Source: Hydrurus foetidus
Taxonomy: Eukaryota
DNA: 64,000 bases
NCBI GenBank assembly: GCA_900617105.1
Contig: UYFQ01000001.1
Location: 3,410,001 to 3,474,000, forward strand
Direction: 5' to 3'
In this document: positions 50,174-64,000 of the stretch, one piece after another
How the letters are laid out: each line of letters begins with the position of its first letter
Position numbering within the stretch: position 1 is the first letter of the stretch
Position numbers and translations under genes: made by a program
Notes under the pieces: generated by a model
What the model saw: the letters and a program-made list of their open reading frames with translations, nothing else
Told to the model about the DNA's origin: nothing
The model's database searches: none

Positions 50174-51349
50174 TCAGGTTTGAACGCTCGACACTTCGGC
50201 TGGCTCGCGCCGGCCGTGGGTGTGAGCGTAGGCTTTGCGCTGAGCGTCTGGCGTAGCGGTTTTGGCGGCGTCGGCTTGCTGCAGGCGCAAAAACAAATCG
50301 GCGGTCCACTGCGCGCGTTCTTCAAAGGTGCGGCGCGGAGGCTGGCTGGGCCTGGCAAGGGTTGCACCGCGCTGCATGGCCGCTTCTACCAAAAAAAGAT
50401 TGGCCGGCAATGGGGCCATGTGCACGGTAGGGTCGGCCGGGGTGATCAAAATGGCGGCGCTGGCTTTTGCCAGCAGGGCCAGCTTGCGTTTGCCAGACAC
50501 CACCGCACGGCGGTTGATGGAGTCGAGCCCGGCTTTTTCAAGCTCGCGGCCAATCTCGGCGTAGACCAGTCGGGCTGCACGAATCGCTGGGCGGCAGTCG
50601 CGTGGCAATTGGCCAATGCCGTGTTCAGAGCGCTGGTACAACTCATCAGCAGCTTTAATCAAACGGTTAACCACTGATGCAATGCGGTTGTCAAACACCG
50701 GCTGGGCTAGCCAGGCGTCGGGCTCTAGCCCAGCCTCGCGCATCCAGGCCAGCGGCAAGTACAGTCGGCCAAAACGGGCGTCTTCGCCGACGTCACGCGC
50801 AATGTTGGTGAGCTGCATGGCTACGCCCAAGTCGCAGGCGCGAGCCAGTGCTTGTTCGCTGCGGGTACGCATGACCACGGCCATCATGGCGCCCACGCTG
50901 CCCGCCACGCGTGCGCCGTAGGCCTGCAAATCTTCAATGGTTTCGTAGCGGCGGCCTTCTGCGTCCCACTCAAAGCCTTCAAGCAAAGCGGCAACCAGTT
51001 CCAGCGGCAAATCAAATTCACGCACCACAGCGGCTAGAGCCCGGTCGGGCTCGTACGCCATGGGGTCGCCTGCATACACGCGGCGCAAGCGTTCATTGAG
51101 TAGCGCCAGCGCGGTGACGCGGTCGTCGCTAAAGTCAATCGCGTCGTCGGCTACCCGGCAAAAAGCGTACAAAGCTATTGCGGGCCCACGTACCCGGCTG
51201 GGCAGCAAGCGCGACGCTGCAAAAAACGTTTTGGAGCCGCCACGCATCAGCTCTTGGCAAGCTTCGTAGTCAAAGCCGTGCTTGGCGTTGGCCTGTGCGG
51301 CAACGCTGGGCGCGGAGGGCGTGATGACGGACGGCTGTGCTTCTTGCAT
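50174..51349 (-). CDS. crtB: Phytoene synthase
   Basis: GSKTF, YAFCRVADDAID, QLTNIARDVGED..GRLYLP. Confidence 0.96.
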   Translation of the reverse strand: MQEAQPSVITPSAPSVAAQANAKHGFDYEACQELMRGGSKTFFAASRLLPSRVRGPAIALYAFCRVADDAIDFSDDRVTALALLNERLRRVYAGDPMAYEPDRALAAVVREFDLPLELVAALLEGFEWDAEGRRYETIEDLQAYGARVAGSVGAMMAVVMRTRSEQALARACDLGVAMQLTNIARDVGEDARFGRLYLPLAWMREAGLEPDAWLAQPVFDNRIASVVNRLIKAADELYQRSEHGIGQLPRDCRPAIRAARLVYAEIGRELEKAGLDSINRRAVVSGKRKLALLAKASAAILITPADPTVHMAPLPANLFLVEAAMQRGATLARPSQPPRRTFEERAQWTADLFLRLQQADAAKTATPDAQRKAYAHTHGRREPAEVSSVQT

Positions 51350-51399
51350 AGACGGAATTTTAGCGGGAAGACTCTATGTTTTTAACCGTGCTGAGCTGC

Positions 51400-53004
51400 T
51401 CAGGCTTTAGCCTTGTTTTGAATCTCAGGCACCACGGTTTGCAGCGCTTTGGCAGACATCAACACGCCCGGCATGCCTGCCCCTGGGTGCGTGCTGGCGC
51501 CGACCATGAAGAGGTTTTCAATGTCCTCGCTGCGGTTGTGCGGGCGAAACCAGGCGCTTTGCAACAACACAGGCTCCAGGCCGAACGCCGCGCCTTTGTA
51601 CGACAGCAAATCGTCGTGAAAATGTTGCGGCGTCATGACCTGCGACGTGATGACGTGCTTGCCGAGGTCAGGCAGCAGCGTTTCTTCAAGTCGTTTGCAC
51701 ACCGCGTTTTTGTAAGTTTCAGCGTGCTCAGCCCAATTGGTGCCGCTGTCGAGGTGCGGCACGGGGGCCAGCACGTAAAAGTTGTCGCAGCCCTCGGGTG
51801 CCACAGACGGGTCAGTGGCGGTTGGGCGGTGAAGATACAAAGAAAAGTCTTCGGTCAGCTTGTGGTTTTTAAAAATGTCGGTCAGCAAACCTTCGTAGCG
51901 CGGGCCCAGCACCATGGTGTGGTGCGGCACGTCTTTGTATTGGCGGTTGGTGCCGAAGTACCAAACGAAAAGGCTCATCGAATGTTTGCCGTTTTCAATG
52001 CGCTTGTTGGTCCAGTGCTTGCGGTGCTCGGGCGCAATCAGGTTCATGTACGTCCATGAGGTGTCTGAATTGCACACCACGATGTCAGCAGCCAGTGCTT
52101 CACCGTTGGCTAACTCAACGCCAGTAGCGCGGCCGCCTTCCACCACAATTTTGCGCACTTCAGCGTTAAAGCGTACGGGCACGTTGCGGTCAGTCAGCAG
52201 CTTGCACATGCCGTTGATGATGGAGCCGGTGCCGCCCATGGCCGAGTACACACCGAAGCGGCGCTCAAGCGCGTTGATCAGGCTGTACACGCCAGTCACT
52301 GAAAACGGGTTGCCGCCAATCAGCAGTGTTTGCAGGCTCATGGCCATGCGCAGTTTGGGGTGCTTGAGGTAGCCTTTGACCAGGCCAAACATGCTTCGCC
52401 AGGCTTTCATTTTGACCATGGCGGGCAGGGCGGCCATCAGGTCGCCAATGCTGTCGAAAGCCTTGCAGCCAAGCGTTTCAAAACCCAAGCGGTAGCACTT
52501 GTCTGCTTCCAATACAAAGCGGTCAAAACCGGCCACGTCATCGGGGTTAACTCTGGCGACTTCTGCGCGCATCTTGGCGGCATCGCCACTGTAGTCAAAG
52601 TGGGTACCGTCGTGAAAACGCACGCGGTAAAACGGGTCCATCAAACGCAGGTCAATGTCGTCTGAAAACTTCTTGCCGCAAAGCGCCCACAGCTCTTCAA
52701 ACAAAAACGGCACAGTAACGATGGTCGGGCCGCCGTCAAAAGTAAAGCCGTCTTGCTTGCGCACGTAGCCGCGCCCGCCGGGGCCGTCGAGCTTTTCGAG
52801 CACGGTAACTTTGTAGCCCATCACGCTTAAGCGAATGGCCGCTGCCAGCCCGCCAAAGCCTGAGCCCACCACGATGGCTGTTAGCTCGCCCGTCGGGCCA
52901 GAACCTGAGCCTTGCGGCATAAAACCGGGTGCGGCAGGCAGCGTAGCGAGGTTCAAGGGTGACAGCGCATTGAGCGCCGCGTGTGAAGTAAAAGGAGTCG
53001 TCAT
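51400..53004 (-). CDS. crtI: Phytoene desaturase
   Basis: GSGFGGL, FDGGPT, QSAWFRPHN, GASTHPGAGMPGV. Confidence 0.96.
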   Translation of the reverse strand: MTTPFTSHAALNALSPLNLATLPAAPGFMPQGSGSGPTGELTAIVVGSGFGGLAAAIRLSVMGYKVTVLEKLDGPGGRGYVRKQDGFTFDGGPTIVTVPFLFEELWALCGKKFSDDIDLRLMDPFYRVRFHDGTHFDYSGDAAKMRAEVARVNPDDVAGFDRFVLEADKCYRLGFETLGCKAFDSIGDLMAALPAMVKMKAWRSMFGLVKGYLKHPKLRMAMSLQTLLIGGNPFSVTGVYSLINALERRFGVYSAMGGTGSIINGMCKLLTDRNVPVRFNAEVRKIVVEGGRATGVELANGEALAADIVVCNSDTSWTYMNLIAPEHRKHWTNKRIENGKHSMSLFVWYFGTNRQYKDVPHHTMVLGPRYEGLLTDIFKNHKLTEDFSLYLHRPTATDPSVAPEGCDNFYVLAPVPHLDSGTNWAEHAETYKNAVCKRLEETLLPDLGKHVITSQVMTPQHFHDDLLSYKGAAFGLEPVLLQSAWFRPHNRSEDIENLFMVGASTHPGAGMPGVLMSAKALQTVVPEIQNKAKA

Positions 53005-53016
53005 AAATTGCTCAAA

Positions 53017-53799
53017 TCAGTCCGCTGCTGCTGTTGCAACACGGTTGCGGCCCCGCAAAGCCCAGCGCCAAAGCGCAGTCGAGGGCAGGGGCAGCACCAG
53101 GAGAAAATGCTCCAAAATAGCCATCGCTAACATGGTCGACACCAAAACAAAACCAACGCTGTCTGCACGTGACACCACGGCGCTAGACGCAAGAACCATC
53201 AAGGCAGCCAGCACCAGCGATGCGGCCACGATTGAAATTGGTAAAAACGCATTCATGGCGCGCTTGCGAAAGTAGCTGCCCATGTAAGTTAAGTGGGCAG
53301 GTAAAAATTCTTCGCTTAAATTGCGCACCCCAAAATACAAATTGAGCTTGGCACTGATGCGCATCGCCCACAGCACTAAAAACGTCAGCGTGCCGATTTG
53401 ATTGGCTGAATTCCAGGTCAGCATAATGATGGCGATGCCCGATGCCAAAATACCTAGCTCGTGCCAAATGATGGCAGCCACGGCTTGCTTAAAACGCGGC
53501 CAGCCGCTGGGTTCTGTACACGCTTGCTTGCGCGGGCCAGTTAGCCAGCCGGTTAAAAAAGTCAGCTCGTGCCAGCCCCAAATCAGCAAGGCACAGGTAA
53601 ATGCGCAATACGCGTTGACCACGCTCAGTTTGTTGGCGGTGTAGGCCAGCCCGTAAAAGGCAGCAACGGCCAGCGCCGACGAAATCAGCACGCTCCAGCG
53701 AAAGGTGGTGCGCGGCATGCCGTTGAGCAGCAGCACCAAGCCGGTTGAAAACCACCAAATGAATATTGCAAACGCCACCGGAATAAACAACTCAAACAT
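53017..53799 (-). CDS. puhE: Photosynthetic complex assembly protein
   Basis: WWFSTG, WGWHEL, SAKLN..FGV, LEH. Confidence 0.9.
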   Translation of the reverse strand: MFELFIPVAFAIFIWWFSTGLVLLLNGMPRTTFRWSVLISSALAVAAFYGLAYTANKLSVVNAYCAFTCALLIWGWHELTFLTGWLTGPRKQACTEPSGWPRFKQAVAAIIWHELGILASGIAIIMLTWNSANQIGTLTFLVLWAMRISAKLNLYFGVRNLSEEFLPAHLTYMGSYFRKRAMNAFLPISIVAASLVLAALMVLASSAVVSRADSVGFVLVSTMLAMAILEHFLLVLPLPSTALWRWALRGRNRVATAAAD

Positions 53800-53847
53800 G
53801 GCTCTGGCGGTGAAGCGGTGCGGTCAAACTAAATTTGAAGCGGGTGC

Positions 53848-54930
53848 TTACCAGCTCGGCGCCATGCGAATTTCAGCAGGCAAGTCGTGCCGCTTGACGG
53901 GCAACACGTACAGCCGCACAAAAGTAGCCAGGCCACACACCGCCCAGTAACCCTGTTTGACCAGGCCAATGACGCCTCCTTGCGCTTTGGCTGCGTTGAT
54001 GCCAGCCTGCACTTCAACCAGGCGCGTCATGCCCGCGCGAAAAACCGGGTGGTCAATGTCGAGCGACAGCGGAAACACCTGCTTGGTGATTTCGTTGGTG
54101 ATGCGAAACACCTCATAGCCGTAGTTGGTGGGGTCCAGGCCCATCGCCGCCTTGAGCATGGGCCGCGTGTGGTCGCGTACGTACATGGTGCCGTAAACCG
54201 CAAGCAGAAAAAAGCGAATCCACAACTTGTTGCCGCCTTGCAGTAAATGCGGCTGGGCACGCATGATGAGCGCAAACGATTCGCCGTGGCGAAACTCGTC
54301 ATTGCACCAGCGTTCAAACCACCTGAAGATGGGGTGAAAGCGTTTGTCGGGGTTGCGTTCAAGCTGGCGAAAAATGGTGATGTAGCGGGCGTAGCCAATT
54401 TTCTCGCTCAAGTACGTTGCGTAAAAAATGTACTTGGGTTTGAAGTAGGTGTAGGCCTTGGTGCGCTTGAGGTCGCCAAGGTCAAGCCCCAAGCCAAAGT
54501 CTTTCAGTGACTGATTGATAAACCCGGCGTGGCGTGACTCGTCTCTAGCCATGTAGCGCATGAGTGCTTTGATGTCGGGGTTGGTGACGTTCTTTTGAAT
54601 TTCGTTGTACAAAATGCAGCCTGAAAATTCAGACGTTAACGAGCTGATTAAAAACTCAATAAATTCTTGACGCAGCTCGGGCGACACCTGTGAAAACTGC
54701 TCAGCCACCTCAACGGCGAACTCTGGCGTGCGCTGAAAGTGGTCGTGGTTGTTGTCGCCTTCATACTCAGCCAGCATGGTGTCCCATTCGGTGCGCAATG
54801 ACGACACGTCAATGCGATTCATGGCGGCAAAGTCTGTGGTGTAAAACTTCGGGCTGAGCAATGAGTCTTGCTTGGCCTTGAGCGCGGCTGATTCTGGCGT
54901 AACCGATGTTGCAGTGGTAGTGGCTTGCAT
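53848..54930 (-). CDS. acsF: Aerobic Mg-protoporphyrin IX monomethyl ester cyclase
   Basis: [29 protein letters not shown]. Confidence 0.97.
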   Translation of the reverse strand: MQATTTATSVTPESAALKAKQDSLLSPKFYTTDFAAMNRIDVSSLRTEWDTMLAEYEGDNNHDHFQRTPEFAVEVAEQFSQVSPELRQEFIEFLISSLTSEFSGCILYNEIQKNVTNPDIKALMRYMARDESRHAGFINQSLKDFGLGLDLGDLKRTKAYTYFKPKYIFYATYLSEKIGYARYITIFRQLERNPDKRFHPIFRWFERWCNDEFRHGESFALIMRAQPHLLQGGNKLWIRFFLLAVYGTMYVRDHTRPMLKAAMGLDPTNYGYEVFRITNEITKQVFPLSLDIDHPVFRAGMTRLVEVQAGINAAKAQGGVIGLVKQGYWAVCGLATFVRLYVLPVKRHDLPAEIRMAPSW

Positions 54931-54971
54931 GGTTGTCTTTGAATGTGGTTTAAACGATCAGGCGGCGCAAT

Positions 54972-55448
54972 TTATTTGGTTTCAGGCGGCGGCTGCATGG
55001 TTAAAAATGGCGCAAATACGCCAGCGTTGCTCGGGCCAAATGATTCTAAATCGACGCGTTGACCCGACACTGGGTCAAACAGCGTTAACCTTCCATCGGT
55101 GCGGGAGATCAATTTGAAGGGCTGCTCAGAACCGATTTTGCGGGCGGTGCGGTCTCTGGCCAGCGCTCGAATAGCGCCGCGTAAAAACCCTTGCTCACCA
55201 GTGACTGTGGTCAGCAGCTTGCCGGTCACGCCGTCAATAACAGCTACGCCGCCATCAGGGCGGTCTTCGAAGCGAAGCAGGCGCTCGGTCAAGATGGCTG
55301 CTGCCAGTTGGTCGGGGCCGTTTCCGGTGATTCGCACCAGGCCGATGGCTACCAGCGTAAAAAGTAGCAAGGAGCCCACAGACCACAATACCCACCGAGG
55401 GAAGGTGTCTGGTGCAACTTGCTTGGCGCTGGTAGCGGGCGTGGTCAT
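54972..55448 (-). CDS. puhC: Photosynthetic complex assembly protein
   Basis: LRFEDR.DG, GFLRG..RAL.R.R, L.SFG..N. Confidence 0.9.
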   Translation of the reverse strand: MTTPATSAKQVAPDTFPRWVLWSVGSLLLFTLVAIGLVRITGNGPDQLAAAILTERLLRFEDRPDGGVAVIDGVTGKLLTTVTGEQGFLRGAIRALARDRTARKIGSEQPFKLISRTDGRLTLFDPVSGQRVDLESFGPSNAGVFAPFLTMQPPPETK

Positions 55449-56119
55449 GTGAGTTTGGCTTGCCATTGCGGCTTGGCTGCGTCAGCGGGCATTGCGGGTA
55501 CGGTTGCTGCTGCCGCGCCTGGTCCGTTAATGGCTGTCCATGCTTGTTGCAATTGAGTAGCCACGGCTTGGGCTTGCGGAATGCAGCGCAGCATGGGCTC
55601 TGGTTTGGCGATATGCCATGGCCGTGCGTGTGGCCACAGGTTGAGCCAGCCAATGCGGTCGCCGCCGTTCAGGGCCAGCGGAATGTCGCCAAACCCACCC
55701 CGGGTGACTTGTAAACCAGCGGTAGACAAGCGCTTGAGCGGCAAATTAAACGTGAGCGTAAGCACGATGCCAATCCGCATGACGACGCGCTGGTCAGTCA
55801 GGGTGTAGGCAGTGGTTCGTGCGGTTAACCAAGCCAGTGTTGCCAGTGCGCCCAGTGCAATCGCGGCCAGCAGGGTTACCAGCAGTACGCCTTTGGCGAC
55901 GTCAAAAACGCCGGCGCCTGTCACGCTTAAGTAGATTCCCCGCGAGGCAATCATGACGGCAAAGTAAATGGCTACTTTTCTGATGTGAAAGACGCGCAGC
56001 GCCATGTCCTTGAAATCAGGCGCGCCCTGCCACAAAATTTGCTCGCCTTTGGGTAAGGGCTCGGGCAATCCGAAGGCGGGCTCAAACTCGTGTTCGTGCC
56101 CGTTGCTTTTAATGTTCAC
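55445..56119 (-). CDS. puhB: Photosynthetic complex assembly protein
   Basis: FEP..GLPE.LP.GE.ILWQG.P, YTLTDQRVVMRIG, LWPHARPW. Confidence 0.92.
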   Translation of the reverse strand: MNIKSNGHEHEFEPAFGLPEPLPKGEQILWQGAPDFKDMALRVFHIRKVAIYFAVMIASRGIYLSVTGAGVFDVAKGVLLVTLLAAIALGALATLAWLTARTTAYTLTDQRVVMRIGIVLTLTFNLPLKRLSTAGLQVTRGGFGDIPLALNGGDRIGWLNLWPHARPWHIAKPEPMLRCIPQAQAVATQLQQAWTAINGPGAAAATVPAMPADAAKPQWQAKLT

Positions 56120-56880
56120 AGAAGCGGCTCCGCACGCGTTGGGTCAGCGTAAAGTGTGCCAGCGCCGTAGTACGAGCTGATTTTTTCTTCTTCCAGCATC
56201 GTGACTTGATCCGCGCTTTTGGTGCCCGGCACGTTGGCGAATTGCGCGGCATAAATACTGTGCGCCTTTACGCTGTCGCTTTTGATTCGTGCAAACGGCA
56301 CTGGCAGCAGTACGCGTTTGCCACTGCCCGAAAGTTCAACTTCAACAAAGCGAAACAGCATCTCGCAGGTATCTACCCACATATCGACCACTTTGCCCGC
56401 CACTTTATTGTCTGTGCCTAACACTGGCAAGCCGCGTGGGTCGGTATCGTTTTTAGACACATCAAAACCGTTCAGCACACGCAGTGGGCGAATGATGGGC
56501 TGGCCGTGCAGGTCCATGTCAGGCACATCAGCGCGCATGGCGTAGGCACCGGGGCCAACACCAGACGTCATCAGGTCGCCCGTTGGGATGTACGGGTTGC
56601 CAATAGACACGCCGTCGCGGCGGGTGTTTTGTGGTGGTTCTGGGCGGTCCAGCTCAGGCACAGTGACTGTGCGGCCATTGGCCAGCTTGTAAGTTTTAGG
56701 CGCAGGAATGGGCCAGCCAGTAACAGGAGCCGAGCCGGGACGCCCTTCAGACTCCATGGGGTAGCCTTCGCGGTGGCCTTCAAGAACCAGATAGAAAATA
56801 ATGCCGGCGAAAAATATCCAGAACAAATACAAAATAATCTGGGCTAAATCGACATAGCCGGTGATGGCGCCTACTTGCAT
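56116..56880 (-). CDS. puhA: Photosynthetic reaction centre H subunit
   Basis: GAIT.YVDLAQ, REGYP, DPRGLPV, EEEKI..YYGAG.LYA. Confidence 0.96.
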   Translation of the reverse strand: MQVGAITGYVDLAQIILYLFWIFFAGIIFYLVLEGHREGYPMESEGRPGSAPVTGWPIPAPKTYKLANGRTVTVPELDRPEPPQNTRRDGVSIGNPYIPTGDLMTSGVGPGAYAMRADVPDMDLHGQPIIRPLRVLNGFDVSKNDTDPRGLPVLGTDNKVAGKVVDMWVDTCEMLFRFVEVELSGSGKRVLLPVPFARIKSDSVKAHSIYAAQFANVPGTKSADQVTMLEEEKISSYYGAGTLYADPTRAEPLL

Positions 56881-56929
56881 GATGTCTCTCCTTGATGGGC
56901 GATAAAAACGGAACGGTTGCTACTGAAAA

Positions 56930-58381
56930 CTAACCGGGCAGATCGGCTAAGCCGAAACGCTCGGGGGCTGAGGGTGCTGACAGGGTGGCTTTTTTAACCA
57001 GTGGACCAATCGCTATCAGCGTAATGAAAAGAAGGCAAATTTCTGTGTAATAAACAAAACTGTAGCCTGTGACGGGGGCGGCTAACGCTTGGCCAAGCGA
57101 GCCTTGAAGAGCCAAGCTGGACACAAAGTCCCGCGCTACACCTCCAAATAGAATCGATAACCCGGCGGCGGTTGCTTGAACCGCGCCCCAAGCGCCTAAC
57201 GCCAGCCCGATAAATTCTTTTTTCTCCATGGTCATGGCCGCGGCGAGGGTGCTGACTGAAAAGAGACCAGCGCCAAAACCAATGCAAAAAACGCCAAAGT
57301 AGAACAGCCACGTCGCGTTAAGCGGCGCCGCAAAGATGACCGCTGAAAAACCAGGTAAACCGCAAACTACGGCATAACCTGCCAGCCTGAATGGGTCAAT
57401 GCCGCGTGACAGCTTGCGCGATGCCACGCCGAACGCCACCAGCGACCCACCTGCCAGCAGAGCAGTCAGCATGGTGGTGGCGCTGACGGACAGCTTGAGA
57501 ATCTCGCCGCCGTAGGGCTCTAAAACAATGTCCTGCATATTGAATGCCGCCGCACCCAGTGCCACCATCGTCAAAAACCTGCGGGCTTGGCCGTTGCTGA
57601 TAAACCGCTTCCATTCATCCTTGAAAACAGGTACGGGCTGCAATTTGAGGGCCGCGGCTCGTGCGGGATCTCTTGCTTCTTGCTTCCAGAGCGCAATCGC
57701 ATTCAACACCAGCGTTAGAACTGCATGGCCTTGAACGACCTGAATCATTTTCTTCGGCGTAAAGTCCTGCAGCATCAAACTGAAAGCAAAACTGCTGCCA
57801 AGCATTCCAAGTAACAGCATGACGTACATCAGTGCCACCACGCGCGGACGGGTGGGTTCGTCGGCAAGGTCAGTGGCCAGTGCCAAGCCGGCGGTTTGCG
57901 ATGTTTGCAATCCAATCCCGACCAGTAAAAACGAAAGCCCAGCGATGGCCTGATTCAGCCACATCGGCGTTTGCACTTGTGCCTGCCCCGACAAAATCAA
58001 GAGTGCGAAGGGCATAAAGGCCAGTCCGCAAAATTGCAACATGGTGCCGGTCCAGATAAACGGAACGCGCCGCCAGCCAAACGCAGAGCGATGCGTATCA
58101 GAGCGAAAACCAGTAACTGTTCTGAACGGCGCAACCAGTAGCGGAATGGCCACCATCAGCGCAACTAGCCATGCGGCAACACCCAACTCAACAATCATGA
58201 CCCGATTTAGCGTGCCCACCATCAGCGCAGCAGACATACCGACCGTAACCTGAAACAAAGACAAACGCAGCAAACGGCCCAGCGGCAGCCCGGCGCTTGC
58301 TGCATCGGCAAACGGCAGGTACTGCAGCGGGATGTTTCGCACCCCGTTTCTAAAGCTGGGTATTTTCACGACCGGTGCCAC
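56930..58381 (-). CDS. lhaA: LH1 assembly protein (PucC/BCD MFS family)
   Basis: LPFADAAS..LPLGRLLRLSLFQ, LNRVMIVEL, QD..LEPYGG. Confidence 0.92.
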   Translation of the reverse strand: MAPVVKIPSFRNGVRNIPLQYLPFADAASAGLPLGRLLRLSLFQVTVGMSAALMVGTLNRVMIVELGVAAWLVALMVAIPLLVAPFRTVTGFRSDTHRSAFGWRRVPFIWTGTMLQFCGLAFMPFALLILSGQAQVQTPMWLNQAIAGLSFLLVGIGLQTSQTAGLALATDLADEPTRPRVVALMYVMLLLGMLGSSFAFSLMLQDFTPKKMIQVVQGHAVLTLVLNAIALWKQEARDPARAAALKLQPVPVFKDEWKRFISNGQARRFLTMVALGAAAFNMQDIVLEPYGGEILKLSVSATTMLTALLAGGSLVAFGVASRKLSRGIDPFRLAGYAVVCGLPGFSAVIFAAPLNATWLFYFGVFCIGFGAGLFSVSTLAAAMTMEKKEFIGLALGAWGAVQATAAGLSILFGGVARDFVSSLALQGSLGQALAAPVTGYSFVYYTEICLLFITLIAIGPLVKKATLSAPSAPERFGLADLPG

Positions 58382-59067
58382 TCCATTGCTTGCGACTTAT
58401 AAAAGCCGCTGGACACGCGCTCATCGCGGGTGTGCTTCCAGCCGGCCAGCGCGGGGCTTGATGCCATCAGTTGCAGTAATTTTTCTTTGGCCATTGGCTC
58501 CAGCCAGGGCGCGCGATTGGTGCGCGGCAGCAGGCGCCCGACAGAAATCATTAGCGCCAGCAAGGGAGTGCGTGGCGCAAAAGTAAAAGCAATCGACGTT
58601 GACGTGCGTTCAGCCAAGCGCGACAGCGCATCAACCGCGTCTGTGGTTTCGTAGTGAATGATGGAGTCCATCGCAACTACGTGGTCAAACTTGCCGAGCT
58701 TGTCGTCCAACATGTCGCCACTGCGAAAGTCAAGCGAGCCATGCGCGAAAGATTCAGGCATTCGCTGGCGCGCGAGCTCCACCAGCTTGGGCGAAAGATC
58801 AATTGCCACCACGTCAGCGCCACGGCGCGCAGCTTCGACTGCCAGTGCACCCGTGCCGCAACCTGCATCGAGAATGCGGCGGCCCTGCAAGTCGTCTGGT
58901 AGCCACGACAGCAATGTCTCTCGCATTTTGGTGCGGCCCGCGCGAACAGTCGTGCGTATACGGCCCACTGGCGCGTCGGACGTCAGCTGCTCCCAAGCCT
59001 GCACAGCAGTCCGATCAAAGTAGTCTTCGATCTGGCTGCGTCGGCTGGTGTAGGTCGCGGTGTCCAC
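58366..59067 (-). CDS. bchM: Mg-protoporphyrin IX methyltransferase
   Basis: YFDRTA, LDAGCGTG, MDSIIHY, FTFAP; GTG start assumed. Confidence 0.95.
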   Translation of the reverse strand: MDTATYTSRRSQIEDYFDRTAVQAWEQLTSDAPVGRIRTTVRAGRTKMRETLLSWLPDDLQGRRILDAGCGTGALAVEAARRGADVVAIDLSPKLVELARQRMPESFAHGSLDFRSGDMLDDKLGKFDHVVAMDSIIHYETTDAVDALSRLAERTSTSIAFTFAPRTPLLALMISVGRLLPRTNRAPWLEPMAKEKLLQLMASSPALAGWKHTRDERVSSGFYKSQAMEWHRS

Positions 59068-59077
59068 AGAGTTACTT

Positions 59078-63775
<4,698 letters not shown>

Positions 63776-63801
<26 letters not shown>

Positions 63802-64000
63802 CGTAAAGTGTCTCAATAGTGACGACCGGTACGCTGTGCATTTGGGCATAACGTTCGGTGTTTCGGCGGGCCTTGCCGCGTACGAAAAACGGAATTTTGC
63901 GAAGCTCTTTTTCGGCTTCTGGTGCCCACTGCGTGGGGAGTGCAATCGATTCGGCGGGTACGGGAGGCTGATCAACGGTTGCCGCCGCGGTGCTGGCAAT
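63776..64000 (-). CDS. bchB: Protochlorophyllide reductase subunit B, 3' end (partial)
   Basis: Manual translation [35 protein letters not shown]. Confidence 0.93.

Noticed and set aside
51376..52059. 227-aa + strand ORF and similar long antisense ORFs across the photosynthesis genes
   Set aside because: Shadow frames of well-supported genes, expected from GC-rich codon bias
63802..63999. N-terminal extension of BchH
   Set aside because: This is the 3' end of bchB in another frame; BchH starts at 63801

Overview
The window comes from a GC-moderate betaproteobacterium. A Comamonadaceae-like anoxygenic phototroph is my inference from gene order and protein style. It starts with housekeeping genes: a barnase-type RNase, maeB and an EamA transporter. 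It then holds two convergent halves of a photosynthesis gene cluster. The + strand half (4.4-18.8 kb) is crtEF-bchCXYZ-pufB-orf-pufA-pufLMC-crtADC, with tandem PpsR-type sites before crtE and bchC. The - strand half (50-64 kb) is bchB(3' end)-bchHLM-lhaA-puhABC-acsF-puhE-crtIB. About 30 kb of accessory DNA separates them. It contains four BLUF photoreceptor genes, including a BLUF-unknown-BLUF operon, and three tandem copies of the 3' end of a UvrD-like helicase gene, each followed by different cargo. It also has many toxin-antitoxin modules and relics, a decayed partner-switching module and a pseudokinase-REC protein. A ~55-bp bipartite palindromic repeat occurs 13 times between genes and never inside the photosynthesis operons. 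The LH1 alpha gene lacks the conserved Trp+11 and is separated from pufB by an extra membrane-protein ORF. All calls come from reading motifs by eye; no database search was run.
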